Origin: Heterodontus francisci
Taxonomy: Eukaryota
Assembly: GCF_036365525.1 (NCBI RefSeq)
Contig: NC_090404.1
Coordinates: 4,216,001 to 4,280,000 of the forward strand
Direction of reading: 5' to 3'
Length of the DNA stretch: 64,000 bases
Positions within the stretch are counted from its first letter, which is position 1. The number at the start of each line of letters is the position of its first letter. The position numbers and the translations under genes are program-made. The notes under the pieces are model-generated. The model did no database searches. It worked only from the letters and a program-made list of their open reading frames with translations, and was not told the DNA's origin. Below are positions 37,063 to 50,189 of the stretch, piece after piece.

Positions 37063-38737
37063 CGCCGCCTATAGATTCCCTGATAGAGGCGGTAACTGGA
37101 TCCACGTCCCACCTTCCACATCATCAACAGAATGGACTCATATCATTACACTGAGTTATTATTAAATGCGAACTTTTTATCTGCATCCAGGGATAGTCAG
37201 TTGGCTGTGTGGTTTCAATGCAATGTGTGACTTGGTACTCAATGGAACTGTTGCAGTGAAGAATGAGTCAGTAATAAACAATTGCATTGTGGGCTATGAA
37301 CAAAATTCCTTTATTTCCTCAACTCATCACAGGGGATGTGAATCACTAAGATTAAATTACGTTACCAAGGTCAAAAGTTACTGATAGTATGTATCAATTC
37401 ATCTCCCGTTATCTATCCCCTCGATCAATACCAGTGAAGTATCCCCAATAATTTGAATTGTTATCAAGTTATGCAATTAAATGCGGGACATCAGTAAAGT
37501 GATTCTATTTTCAATTTGACTGGCTGTAGTTATACGATTTAGGATCAGAATGAATAGAAGCGCCTCGTATTATACAAGTCTCTCTCTCTGTCTGCATTTC
37601 TCGAGCTGCACCTTACTATGACTCGACGCCAGTCCTTTAAAAATTACCGAATACAGAAGTCCGCTTGCCGTGACACGGAAAATTCATATCAGCTTTTGAA
37701 AAAGAGAATCTAGTGAATCAGTATCAATACGGTGATCAGGAAATCTATCCCTGATACCCAGATCATTGCAGCTAACATTAATAACGACAGACTGTTTAAC
37801 ACGCACTGGTATCAGGAACACAGAATATCAGGACTTAAAGCTATGCTACAAAATATCACAAAAAGAAACGCTTTATTTGTTGTGGAAACGGAACACAAAC
37901 TGGGCATTTCTCTAACCACTGATATCTCCACTGAGAGGGATGGATATGCAATCCAAATTATCAGATATTAAACTGTCCGCAGCTGTTATCAGTAATGAAA
38001 GAGTCTTTATAGTTTGAATGTGATACACAGCTCTGTGAGAAAATTCATGGAAATGCAGCGGGTTCAGAGCAATTCCACCTATTTCATTATTTACTTTACG
38101 ATTCCCAATTTTCTATTTCCGATGTGGATGTGAGGGTCATTAAAATCTCTCTCTACAACTTCATGTAATAGAAATAAATGGTCTTAATGATTCAGAATAA
38201 TATTGTATTGTCATGTGTCAATTTATTATTTTGCGCTCCCAGTTTATAATGATATGAGCAGTGAGTTTACCGAAAATCATTCTTTAGACGTGATACCGTG
38301 AAATGATTTATTTTTTGTAAGAGCGCTGCTGAATAGTTAATATTTAAATGGTTAAATGCCACCTTTGTCCATTCATATTCACACTAATCTGCCCCACACA
38401 GTATTTGGCACCAACCCAGCCGACTGCCATCAGGGAGACTCAAACAGCAATGTCATTTACAGGAAGCATCTGGGGTTCTGTGCAGTAAATCAAAGATCTG
38501 TTTCCTCGTTACTGACCGCTTGGCTACAAACCAACTTCAAACCCTGACCATTGTCAATGAGGCCTATTGATAAACAAATCTGCCCAGCAACAATACTGGA
38601 GTTAATTTTATTTTTTCAGTTGCTTGCCGAGGTGAACTGTTCCCATCTCTCAGCAAAGGAAATATATCCAGTGTCTCAGACACCCTTTTAGGACCAACAG
38701 TCTGAGGAACTGTGCAGCATATCATAACATTGTAATC

Positions 38738-38810
<73 letters not shown>
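38738..38810. repeat. (GATA)n microsatellite
   Basis: Seen directly. Confidence 0.95.
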
Positions 38811-39051
38811 TTAGTTAGTGTGGGCCTCAGAGAGAAAATACATTCTGTAATTGATAAATATGATTGTTTGCGTGGATGGAGACATAGCTGCAACGATGCA
38901 GGGATGACTAGATAGTTGGATGGCTGAATGAAAGCAAAATACTGCTGATGCTGAAAATCTGAGATCAAAGTGAAAAGTGTTGGACATACTCAGCAGGTCC
39001 GGCAGCAACTGTGGAGAAAGAAACAGAGTTAACATTTAACGTCTGTGCAGT

Positions 39052-39342
39052 AGGTGACACAGTGGCGCAGTGGTTAGCACTGCAGCCTCACAATTCCAGT
39101 GACCTGGATTCGGGTACTGCCTGTGTGGAGTTCTCCTTGTGACCGCGTGGGCTTCTGCCGGGTACTCTGGTTTCTTCCCACAGCCAAAGTCTTGCAGGTC
39201 GATGGGTAAATTGGCTATTGTAAATTACTCCTAGTGTGGGTATGTGGTAGGGAATATGGGATTAACGTAGGATTAGTATAAATGGGTGGTTGTTGGTTGG
39301 CACAGACTCGGTGAGCCGAAGGGCCAGTTTCAGTGCTGTTTG
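39052..39342 (+). mobile_element. V-SINE (HE1-like)
   Basis: cacagtggcgcagtggttagcactgcagcctcaca head, V core and gccgaagggcc tail. Confidence 0.8.
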
Positions 39343-41029
39343 CTTCACCATAAACTTTCATCAGAACTGGCAAAGGTTAGACATGTAATAGGCTGTGTGA
39401 AAGTGGTGTAGTTGGTGAGGAATAGAATAAAAGGGAAGGTTTGGCACAGAGCAGAAGAGATTTCCTGAATGTCTAAACGTTTTGTTTCACGTACTGATGA
39501 ACAGATTGATGGATGTGTGGAATGAACTGATGGACAGATAGATAGATGGGCCTGAAAGATGCTGTTCTACAACCACATCTTTGTGATTGACTATTCCTAA
39601 CAGGAAGCCGCCTCTTTATTTCATTTACATTACTTTGACGCCTTCCAGTTCTACCTGATTTTCTGGATCATTTCAATCCCTTGGATATCCAGAAGTAACG
39701 AGATCAATTCACAAAGAGAAGCCTGGTGATATCCCTGCGGTATCTGGACTAATGGGGCACATTTATCACAAAGATATAAAGGGAGAATATGACTGGGTTA
39801 TGAAGGGACGATTGTAATATTTCTGAACATGTGGTCCTTTCATTTACATCAAAGCACTCAACTCGAATTACTTCAAACACATCAGCAATATAGAAAATCA
39901 TTGGATACATTTTTCACTTCCCTATGTAAATACTTATTCCTCTGTTATACTGGTCCAGTCAAACCATTCTAAAGAACACAGATAAAAGGAGAATAAACTG
40001 TAACTTTCTTTACCGCCATATATTCATTGTAAGTCTTTGGCCACAGTGAAATATATCATGTGGGTATCGCACACTGTGGTCCCAAATTCAAATGTCCTTA
40101 ACTCCTTCAGCCACATTCCCCAGAGCCTCTCCATTTAGTCCATTCATGCACTATTGTTCACGAGTTCAGTACATCAGTGAGATTTACTGAGGCTGATGGT
40201 TTAGGGTCCCTGTTATAAGAACATGAGAAATATGGGCACGAGTAGGCCCTTCAGCCGCTCAAGCCTGCTCCGCCATTTAAGAATATCATGGCTGATCTTG
40301 TTGTGGTCTTAACACCACTTTCTTGCTTGACCCGAAACCTTCCGCAACCAATCCCTGATAACCCTTGATTCCCTTGTCGATCAAAAATGGGTGACCATGG
40401 TATCATTATCGATTGTTGTGAAGACCCATCTGATGCACTATTGTCATTCAGGGAAGGAAATGTGCTGTCCTTATCTGTTCTGGACTACATGTGACTCCAG
40501 ACCCACGCCGATGTGGTTGACTCTTAAATGTCCTCTGAAATGGACTAGCCCGCCACTCAGTTCAAGGGCAATTAGGGATGGGCAATAAATGCTGGCCTAT
40601 CCAGCGAAACCCACATCGCAGGAACAAATTAAAAATTGTTCGAATAATACAATTCCCAGAATGGCAGAGTTATTCTCGTGTTGGATTCAAGGTCACACCC
40701 ACAGACATTGAATGTACTAACTATAACAAAAACAAAAAGTGCTGGAAAAGCTCAGCAGAACTGGCAGCATCTGTGGAGAGAGAAGCAAAGTTCACGTTTC
40801 AGGTCTGTGACCTTTCATCAAAACTGGCAAAGTTTAGAAAAGAATTTCCTCCTGTTCACTGTACTGACTACCTGCCGTTCTGAACCATATGGGGGAATGA
40901 CCTGAGAGGTCCGGACTCTGCCTGATTTAACACTGTATCTATAATGGAAGTTTAACTGTTGAATGCCTGGAGTTCCATTTACTTATTCCTCCTTGATCTA
41001 TATTTTAATGAGCAATGACCCTTGACCAT

Positions 41030-41520
41030 CAGCCGTGGCATGGTTGGTAGCACTCTCCCCACTGCGTTTGCAGGTCCCAGTTTCATGTTCTACTCCAGGA
41101 CCTGAGCACAAAAATTACACTGGAACTACAGTGGAATGCTGCACTGTCAGAGGTATCGATTTTCGGATGGGAAAAGAACCCAAGGCGCTGTCTGCTCTCT
41201 CAGGTGTGAAGGATCCCATGGCACTATTTCGAACAAGTGCTGGTGAGTTCTACCAGGTGTTCTGATCAGTATTTATCCTTCAACCGACCTCACGAAACAG
41301 ATTATCTGGTCATTGTCGTATTGCTGTTATTGGAGGGGCAGAGTGGCCTGCTGCTGCTCCCAATTCGCATGTTCGTCTGCTTGCTGTGTGCAAATTGGCT
41401 GCTGCATTTCCTACATTCCATCAGTGATGGTAGTTCACAAGTAGTTCATTAGTTGCAACGTTTTTGAGACGTCCTGTGGTCGTGAAAGGCCCGAGAGAAA
41501 TGCAACAATTTTTGGTCTTT
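41030..41520 (+). mobile_element. Deu-SINE (SacSINE1/AmnSINE1-like)
   Basis: tRNA-like head, ggatcccatggcactatttcgaa...cagattatctggtcattg core and aaatgcaa tail. Confidence 0.75.
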
Positions 41521-41829
41521 TTTACGAACGATAGTTGTAAAAAGGAGTGATGGATTGAGCAAGTAAATCATACACTGCTCGAATGATAAAGCTGAGAAGG
41601 AGGCCATTCAGCCTTTCAGGACTGCACCAGCTCTTTGACAAACTATCCAATTATTCCACTCCACCCTGCTATTTCGCCAAAACCGTGCATTCTTTTTCCA
41701 TTTGAAATATCTATGAAATTCCCTTTCAAAAGTTATTGTTCAATCTACTTCCCCCCTTTCAGGAATTGCATTCCAGATCATAACAATTTCCTCTGTCATT
41801 TGTCTTCCTCCTCATATCGCCTAGACTCA

Positions 41830-43100
41830 TAGAATTAGAGAGTCATTTACGGCACAGACGGAAGCCATTCGGCCCATTGAGTACATGCTGGCTCTCCACA
41901 GAGCTTTTCAGTTAGTGCCCCACTGCCCCACTCGATCCTCGTAGCCCTGCAAGTCTATTTCCTTCAAATGACCATCCAGTTTCCTTTTGAAGTCATTTAT
42001 TGTCTCTGCTTCCACCACCTTTGTGGACAGCAATTTCCAAGTCATTACCACCCGCTGTGTCACAGCGTTCCTCTTCATATTACCCTTGCATCTATTGTCC
42101 AAAGCCTTCATTCTGTGTCCCCTAGTCCTTGTACCATTAGTTAATGTGAACGACTTTTCCTCCTCTAATATAAAATAAAACAAGAAATGCCGGAAATACT
42201 CAGCAGTATTTACACTCAGAACGGTATGTTAATGCCTTTGTTCCATGACCTTGTGGTCAGTTATTCTCTGTGATCCGATCTTATCAACACCTTCACCTTT
42301 GTTATCTCTTGCCCCACCCCCGCTTCACTTGCTTAAAACCTTTTACATTTCTAATATTTGTTAGTTCTGATGAAGGGTCACTGACCGGAAACATTAACTC
42401 TGTTTATCTCTGCACAGATGCTGCCAGACCTGCTGAGAATATCCAGCATTTCATGTTTTTATTTCAGATTTCCAGCATCTGCAGTATTTTGCTTTTATTT
42501 TTCACCTCTAACTTGCCTAAATCTGTCATAATCTTGTACATGTCTATTAATCTCCCCTCAACCTCTTTTGTTTGAAGAAGAATAAGCTCAGTTTTTCCAA
42601 CTTAACCTTGTCACTAAAATCCTCCATCCCCAGAACTATTCTAATAAATCTCTGTCAAGGACTCTCACATGCTTCCAAAAGTGTGGTGACCAGAACTGGA
42701 TGCAATACTCCAGCATTGGCCTGACCAGAGCTTTATAAATGTTCAGCGTAACTTCCCTGCTTTTGTACTCAATACCTGTGTTTATGAAGCCCAAGATCCC
42801 ATATGCTTGCCTAACCACTCTCTCAAGATGTTGTGCCACCTTCAAAGATCAATGCACATGCATCCCAATGTCCCCCTGTTCCTGTACACTCTTTAGAACT
42901 ATGCCATTAAGTAAATGCTGCCTCTCCCTTTTCCTTCTGCCAAAATGCATCACCTGCCACTTGTCTGTCCACTCTGCTGACCTATCTATGTCCTGTTGCA
43001 GTCGTTATATATCATCCTCACTATTTGCCATACCTCCACGTTTGGTGTCATCTGCAAATTTGGAGATTCTACTCCATGTTCCAAGATCCAAGTCTACGTA
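41830..43100 (-). mobile_element. CR1 LINE 3' fragment with a nested Penelope terminal segment (~42170-42500)
   Basis: LVRPMLEYCIQFWSP and RTRGHRMK...TQRVV. Confidence 0.85.
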
Positions 43101-43284
43101 GCTTTTGGTATTATTGCTATTTACCTTGAATTTTTGTCCTCTCGTTATCAACCGTTCTACCATTGGAAATATTTTCAATTTACATATTCTATCAAACGCA
43201 CCAACGCTCCTCAGACAGCACCTTCCAAACCCACAACCTCTACCACCTCGAAGGACAAGAGTACCAGATGCATGGGACCATCAC

Positions 43285-43575
43285 AGGGCGGCACAGTGGC
43301 GCAGCAGTTAGCACTGCAGCTTCACAGCTCCAGCGACCCGGCTTCAATTCTGGGTACTGCCAGTGTGGAGTTTGCAAGTTCTCCCACATCCAAAAGACTT
43401 GCAGGTAAATAGGTAAATTGGCCATTATAAATTGTCCCAAGTATAGGTAAGTGGTAGGGGAATATAGAGATAGGAGAGCATGTGGTAGGAATATGGGATT
43501 AGAGGAGGAATGGCATAAATGGGTGGTTAATGGTAGGCACAGACTTGGTGGGCCGAAAGGCCTGTTTCAGTGCTG
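43285..43575 (+). mobile_element. V-SINE (HE1-like) inserted in a LINE 3' fragment (43190-43835)
   Basis: gggcggcacagtggcgcagcagttagcactgcagc head; gggccgaaaggcctgtttcagtgctg tail. Confidence 0.8.
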
Positions 43576-44999
43576 GAAATCAAAATCAAATCACCACCTG
43601 CAAGTTCCCATCCAAATCACACACCATCCTGACTTGGAACTATATCGCTGTTCCTTCACTGTCGCTGGGTCAATATCCTGGAACTCCCTTCCTAACAGCA
43701 CTGCGGGTGTAGCTACCTCACATGAACAGCAGTGGTTCAAGAAGGCAGCTCATCACCACCTTTTCAAGGGCAATTAGGGATGGGCAATAAATGCTGGCCT
43801 AGGCAGGGATGCCCACATCCCATGAATAAAAAAAAAATCAAAACACCTCTATGAAATCTCCTTTTAACCTTTTCTTCTCTCAGCAGAACAAACTTTGCTG
43901 CTTCAGTCTCTCCATCTAACAGAAATCTTTATCCTTGGTACCATTTTAGAACATTTTTCCGGACCATCTCCAAGGCCTTGAAGTCCTTCTGAAAAAGTGG
44001 TACCCAGAAATGAACACAATACTCCAGCTGAGGCCAACTGGTGTTTTGTAAAAGTTTAGCATAATCATAATTTTTCTGCTGGAGTCGTCTATGACTTGGT
44101 GCAATGAGAACTGAGGTGAGGGCTAATGTAATATAAACAGATGGATGGTGCGGTGTAGTAATAACTGAGACAGGATCTAGTGCAATATAAATTGACACAT
44201 TATGCAATGCAAGAATAAAAGAGATATTGTCCAGCGTAATATAGATGGATATGTGACATTGAGTAATATAACCAGCGGAATCATTTTGTGTAATAGGATT
44301 AGAGCCATGCTTAAATATATTACATGATCTGCAATTACGTTTTGAATAGAAGGAAATAAAATGCTAAAATATAATTTGTGAAGGCAATTATCCATCTTTG
44401 TTGAATCCATTGAGAAGTATTAATAATGATGTGCTTTCTACACAAACGCACACATTTTACATATACACATATACAATTACACATACACGTGCACTTAGAT
44501 GTGTGTTTGTGTGTGCTCGATTAGTTTTCGGTTGTTCCCATCTGGCAGCTGAGAGCTATGGAATTAGGTTAAAGTTACACTGGACTTTGCCTCCTTCGTT
44601 ACTGCACTAGACACTGCTGCAGTTCATATTACAGTAGACATTATCTCAGTTGGCATTGCACTAGACATCTCTTTGTTTATTTTGCACATGACTCATTCTA
44701 GTTTACTGCTGCACTAGACCATGCTTCAACTTATATTACACAAGGCCCTGCCTCAGTTGTTTCTGCAATGCACCATATCTCTGTTTATATTACACTGGAC
44801 TCTGTCCCAGTATACTACATTAGACCATGTGCAGTTATTACTGCAGGAGAACATTTATCTGTCTATAATACATAGGCTTTGCTCAGTTGTTACTACTCGA
44901 TCATGTCCCACTTATATTACACGAAATCCTATCCCACCAATATTATACTGGACCATGTTGCTTTTTATATTATGCTAGGTCTTGTCCCAGTTATTACTG

Positions 45000-45420
45000 C
45001 GGCAGCCCATAGGGTTGTGTTGTGTGGTCACGTTTCCAGACTCTGTCTGACACCGTCATTAGGTCAGACGAAACCTAAATAGAAAATCCTGCAGGGAAAA
45101 CAATCCTTAACAATAGAAAGGAATTGTGAAAATTATCACTGTACAACACAAGTGATGGATTCGTAAACTTCAACACAACAGAATTTGTCAGTAAGCAGTG
45201 TAAATTGCTTAATTTTAGTCCTATCCCTCAACCCAGTTCATCTCTGGGAGATTGTTACAAGATTCGCCCCATCCGTTCAACAAAAATATTCCCCACATAA
45301 TACCAGAGCAATTAGAAATTGCACACCGCTGCTTATCGCTGTGGACAAGATTAACCGTATTCTTACAACCAAAAATGATTGCACCACACACAGACATATA
45401 TTTTCATTTATATTCCTATC
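45000..45420 (+). repeat. Unclassified ~450-bp dispersed repeat; other copies at ~46150-46450, ~56040-56220 (partial), 58110-58345 + 61709-61980 (split by CR1) and ~53160-53460 (inverted)
   Basis: Shared cagcccat...cacgtttccagactctg...aaatagaaaatcctgcagg...gtacaacaca...ccacataataccagagcaattagaaatt. Confidence 0.8.
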
Positions 45421-45569
45421 CATCTATCTATATAACAGTTAAATGGTCTGTTGCCGTAAAATAACTGAGACACGGCCTCGTATAAACAAAAGACAAAGAC
45501 ATGGTCTCATGGAATTAAACAGAGTTATGGTTTAATGCGATATTCAATTCAATTCAATTCCATTTTATT

Positions 45570-45940
45570 GATGATAAGTTGAATTGGAGAGAACAGTGTG
45601 GAGATGTGGTGACCAAGTGACATACACCAATATACTACTCAGAAAATTAAAATCCTTTCGAGTAGAACCCGTAATCCTGAAAATCTTCCATACGGTTGTT
45701 GTTTTGGGTGCTGTCCTATTTGGATGTCTTTCCTGGTACTGTTGTCTTCGGAATGTAGATACTTTAAGGGTACAGAGATTTCTGAACCAAGCAGGAATGG
45801 TAGTGATGAGCAAATATTTCTTGACAACATCTGCTCTCAAAAAATTTGTACAAAGGAACATTATGAACAGTAAGAATCGCCCCTTGTCTCAATATTACTT
45901 TTCAAAGCGTTCAGGGAATGTAGGACAAACCGGTTCTTGA
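45570..45940 (+). mobile_element. Rex1/Babar-like LINE 3' remnant
   Basis: LLRKLKSFRVEPVILKIFHTVVVLGAVLFGCLSWY...RVQRFLNQAG resembles the Rex1/Babar RT C-terminus. Confidence 0.55.
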
Positions 45941-48900
45941 ACTCGTTCGTGCTTTTCTCTGAAATAACTTTTAACGGGAGCTTGATAAATGAATAACCAT
46001 AAGGGACTCATTGATTATTTTCATGTATTGAAATTAGTTTTAAACATCTATTTCAATCAACTTAGACTTTGTGTGATAGGGTAATTTTCTTTCTTTTTAT
46101 TGCCATTGTCCATATGCAATTTTAAAGTGTGCAATGTTATTCTGATCGAGCAGCTGAGAGTTATGGCATTAGCTGGATTTTAGCATCCTGCACCAGCCCA
46201 TCTAGCGGTGCTGTGTGGTCACGGTTCCAGACCCTGGCTGACACAGTCAGTTGTTCAGACGAAAGCTAAATAGAATATCCTGCAGGAAAAACATCCCTCA
46301 GCAATAAAAGGAATCTGTGAGCAATTTTCACAGTACAACACAACAGTGAATTCGTAAACTTTCACACAAAGTTTATCACTAAGTCGAGTAAAGTTCATTA
46401 CACCTTTCCTCTGTTCCCTCAATCCTAGTTGATCACTGGGAGATGGTTACATTACGCCAGTTGACACTGACCATTGTTTGTAAAATTTAGCGACATCATT
46501 ATTTTTCTACTCGTCGTCCACGGCCTCGTGAAATGAGAACTGAAACAAGGCCTATTTTAAATATAAACAGATACATGGTCCGGTAATACACATTACATTA
46601 CAATCGGCCCTGTTTACATTACATTTGGCCCTATTTCTGTTGATGTTACTGTGGTCTTGTCTCAGTTTTAAATGCAGAAACGTTTGCCTCTTAGTATAGC
46701 AAACAAGATTCTGTTCCAGTCATTACTGCACTAGGCCAACTCCCTCTCTCTCTCCCTCTCTGTTTATAATGCACCACCTCCTCTCCCAGTTGCTAAACCA
46801 TGTCTCTATTTCCATTACACCAGACCCTGCCTCTGTTATTACTCAACTAAATTAATTCTGCTGATATTTCACTGTCCCAGTTTATGTTACTAGAGATGCT
46901 GCCTCCTTTATTGTTGCACTAGACTACGCTTCTACTCACATTTCACAAGGCCCTGTCTCACATATTACTACACTGGGCCATATCTCTGTTTCTATTAAGC
47001 AAAGCCCTGTCTCAGCTTACAACATAAGACCATGTGCTGTTATTAGTGCAGGAGACCAATTCTCTGCTTATAATACATTCGGCCTTGCTCCGTTATTACT
47101 GCACTAAATCATGTCCTACCTTTATTACATTTCCTTTGCTCTGAGGAGAATACCTCAAGTCTTAAATTATATTTTAGAATTTTATTTCCTTCTACCCAAA
47201 ACGTAATTGCAGATCATTTAATACAATTGGCCAAGGCTCGAGATTTATTGAACACATCGATTTCGTTGTTTATATTACATTAGACCATGTTGTTTGTTTC
47301 TATTCTGCTCGGCTGCCTCAGATGTTGCGGCGCGAGGCCATATCTCTATTCATTCCACTAAACGATGTCACATTCGATAATGTTGTAGTTTGTGTCTCAG
47401 TTATTAGTGAAGTAACCAGAAAAAATATTGGAAGATGTCGGAGAGGAAATGGTGACGGTAAAACATTAAAATGAATTTTATGGAAGCAGAAATGGTGCGA
47501 AATTCACATAAAGCAGCAAATGTTTCATTCCTTTACAAACAATGGAAATAATAAATCAGTCATTTACAGATTTATTAACTTCACATCATGTACAGGTAGT
47601 ATCATTGTTACCATCACTTGCACAAATCATTACACACGCGAGGTGTTTACCATCAGCTTCTGTGTGATGGTGAGGTGATCACTTAACAATAAAGCACAGA
47701 GACTGGTGAGTCGCTGCTCATTACCCCTCGGTCTGCAATGACATTTTGAATTAAATAAATGCTTTAAAAATTGGTGAAGATACTTACTTATGTTTATGGA
47801 GTTGTAAACAATATGGTGTGCTTTGCACAGATACAAATGGAGTTACTTTGGTGAAAGAGTGAAACCAGGGGCTAAATGGGGACTGTGCTGACGAAAAGCC
47901 CCTGTTTGAATGACTGCATTTAGCACCCAATTTCCATCTAATTGATGATTGCCATAAAATTGAACTTGTCTGGAAATGTTAAACCAGAGACCAGCAGGTT
48001 CAACACCCAGGTGCTGATTAACCACAATATTCTTGAATCAATATATGTGGGCTCCATGCACGCACTTCTACTATAAGTGTGAGGTTGGCGGTCTGACACA
48101 TGGTAACAAGTTTCAGGATGGCTCAGGAACCAACTGAGTGGCTGCACAGATTCTCCGAAAGCCTTGTAGGTCCTGGTGGAGGAGATCCAGGAGAGGAGGG
48201 ATGTCCTGTACCCGCAATGTACCCTTCTGTCTCACTATCCTGCAGCAGCTGGTGCTACTCTGCCTGGCCTCATGTCCTCCTCCCATTCGTACACCAGGAT
48301 GCCGATGACCTCGCTGTGAAGGCCATTCCTTGAGAGGCAGGTTCTGCCACAAGTGGCGGAACCCCTTCAACCAAGATCAACAAATTAAACTAACAAACGT
48401 TCAGCCATTTACCTCTATTACAAATTTCTCTGTGCAGAAATCGGCCACATTCATCTGGAATTAGTTGCACTTCAAATTTTGGGACCTCCTAGAGAAGGTG
48501 ATGGGCTGGTACATCAACGCAAGTTGTTTCTTGGTGTATTAATATCAGAAGCAGGAACTGACATCGACATTTTCACAAGACGAGCAATGGCCAAACACAA
48601 CCACAAGGTGTCAGTGAAAGCCCGATTGTTTACATTACTTGAAACAGGTGCTGCCTTCATTATTACTGCTCCAGATCCTGTTTCTGTTTATATTACACTA
48701 GATGCTGTCTCTGTTTATATTAAGCTAGAACTTGCTTTTGTCTATATTATACTAGATGTTGTCTCTGTTTATATTATACTCGGTCATTTTCCAATTCGTA
48801 TTCCAACAAATATTGTCTCTGAGCATATAAAAACAGTCCATTGCTCAGCGATTCCGACATTGGCCCAATCCCAGGTGTTAATACTCTGGACCATGTTTCT

Positions 48901-50189
48901 GCTTGCACCACACAATACCCTGTCTAGGTCATTCCTGCACGAGATCACATTTCTGTTTCTATCACACAAAGCACTGTCTCTGTTATTACTGCAATGGACC
49001 ATCTCTCTGTTACTACTACACGGAATTCTGTCTCACCGAGTGCTGCACTTGTGCATGTCTCAGATGATTGAAATCGAGGTTCTGTATCAATAATTACTGC
49101 ACTGGACCTTGTCTCGGTTTTTCTTCTAATGGACCCTGTCTCACGTATGACTACATTCTATCATGTCCCTGTTCTCATTGCACAAGACACTGTCCCAATT
49201 ATTATTGCACTCGACAGATTTCAGATTACACTTGATCATGTATCTGTTTAACTGACACCAGAACATGTCTGTTAATACGACACGAGACACAATCTCAGTT
49301 TTTACTGAGCTGGACCCAGTGTTGGTTCATATTACCGTAGATCTTGTATCAATAATTGGTGCACTGGAGCCTGTCTCAGTATTCCTGCACCAGGCCCTGT
49401 CCCTGTTTATATTACCACAGTGCCTGTCTCTGATCATATTGCACCAGTCCCTCTCTCAGTTATTACTGCTCTGGACCCTATCCCAGCTGCTACTACACAG
49501 AACTATGTCTCTGTTTATATTAAGTTCGGCAAAGTCTCTGTTATTGCTGCACCAAACCCTGTGTCTGTTTATAGTACACTAAACCCAGTCTCAATTAGTG
49601 CTGGACCATTCAATGTCTCCGTTCATATTACACTGGAACATGTCCCTGTTAATACTCCACTTGAACATGTCCCTGTTCAAATTAAAATAAGCCTTGTCTT
49701 TTCATTACTAATGTGTTTATATTGCAATTGGAACACTCTCTGTTTATATTACACAGGACCCTGTCTCTTTTTATATGACACTTGATCCTGTCTCTTTTTA
49801 TATTACACTAGACCCTGCCTCTGTTTCTATTCCATTTGACCCTTTCTCTGTTTATATTACACTCGAACATGACTCAGTTACGACTGGACTTCGTTGCTTC
49901 TCTGTTTATACTACATTCGACCCTATCTCTGTTCTTACTGCTCCAGGCCTTGGCCATGTTTACATTACACTCGACCTTATCTCTGGTCTTTCTGCACCAA
50001 GCCCTGTCACTGTTTATATTACTCTCGACCCTGTCTCTGATTGCATTACACTCTGCCGTGCCTCTGTTATTATTAAACTAGGCCCTGTCTCTGTTTATAT
50101 TACTTTGGACGCTGACTCTGTTTATATTGCAGTTGACCCTGTCTCTTTTTATATTTCACGAGACCCATTTCGGCAAAAGTGACCATAAC

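Larger units (their letters stand above)
44560..50170 (+). repeat. Interrupted, degenerate ~27-bp satellite (ctagaccctgtctctgtttatattaca-like); further blocks at 52790-52960 and, inverted, at ~44090-44400 and ~53870-54520
   Basis: Recurrent unit that gives 9-aa periodic pseudo-ORFs (TLDPVSVYI). Confidence 0.85.

Noticed and set aside
39052-39120. tRNA gene
   Set aside because: tRNA-like head of a V-SINE, continuous with the SINE core and tail
48479-50182. Hydrophobic ORFs of 105-204 aa with TLDPVSVYI repeats
   Set aside because: Translation artefacts of the 27-bp satellite
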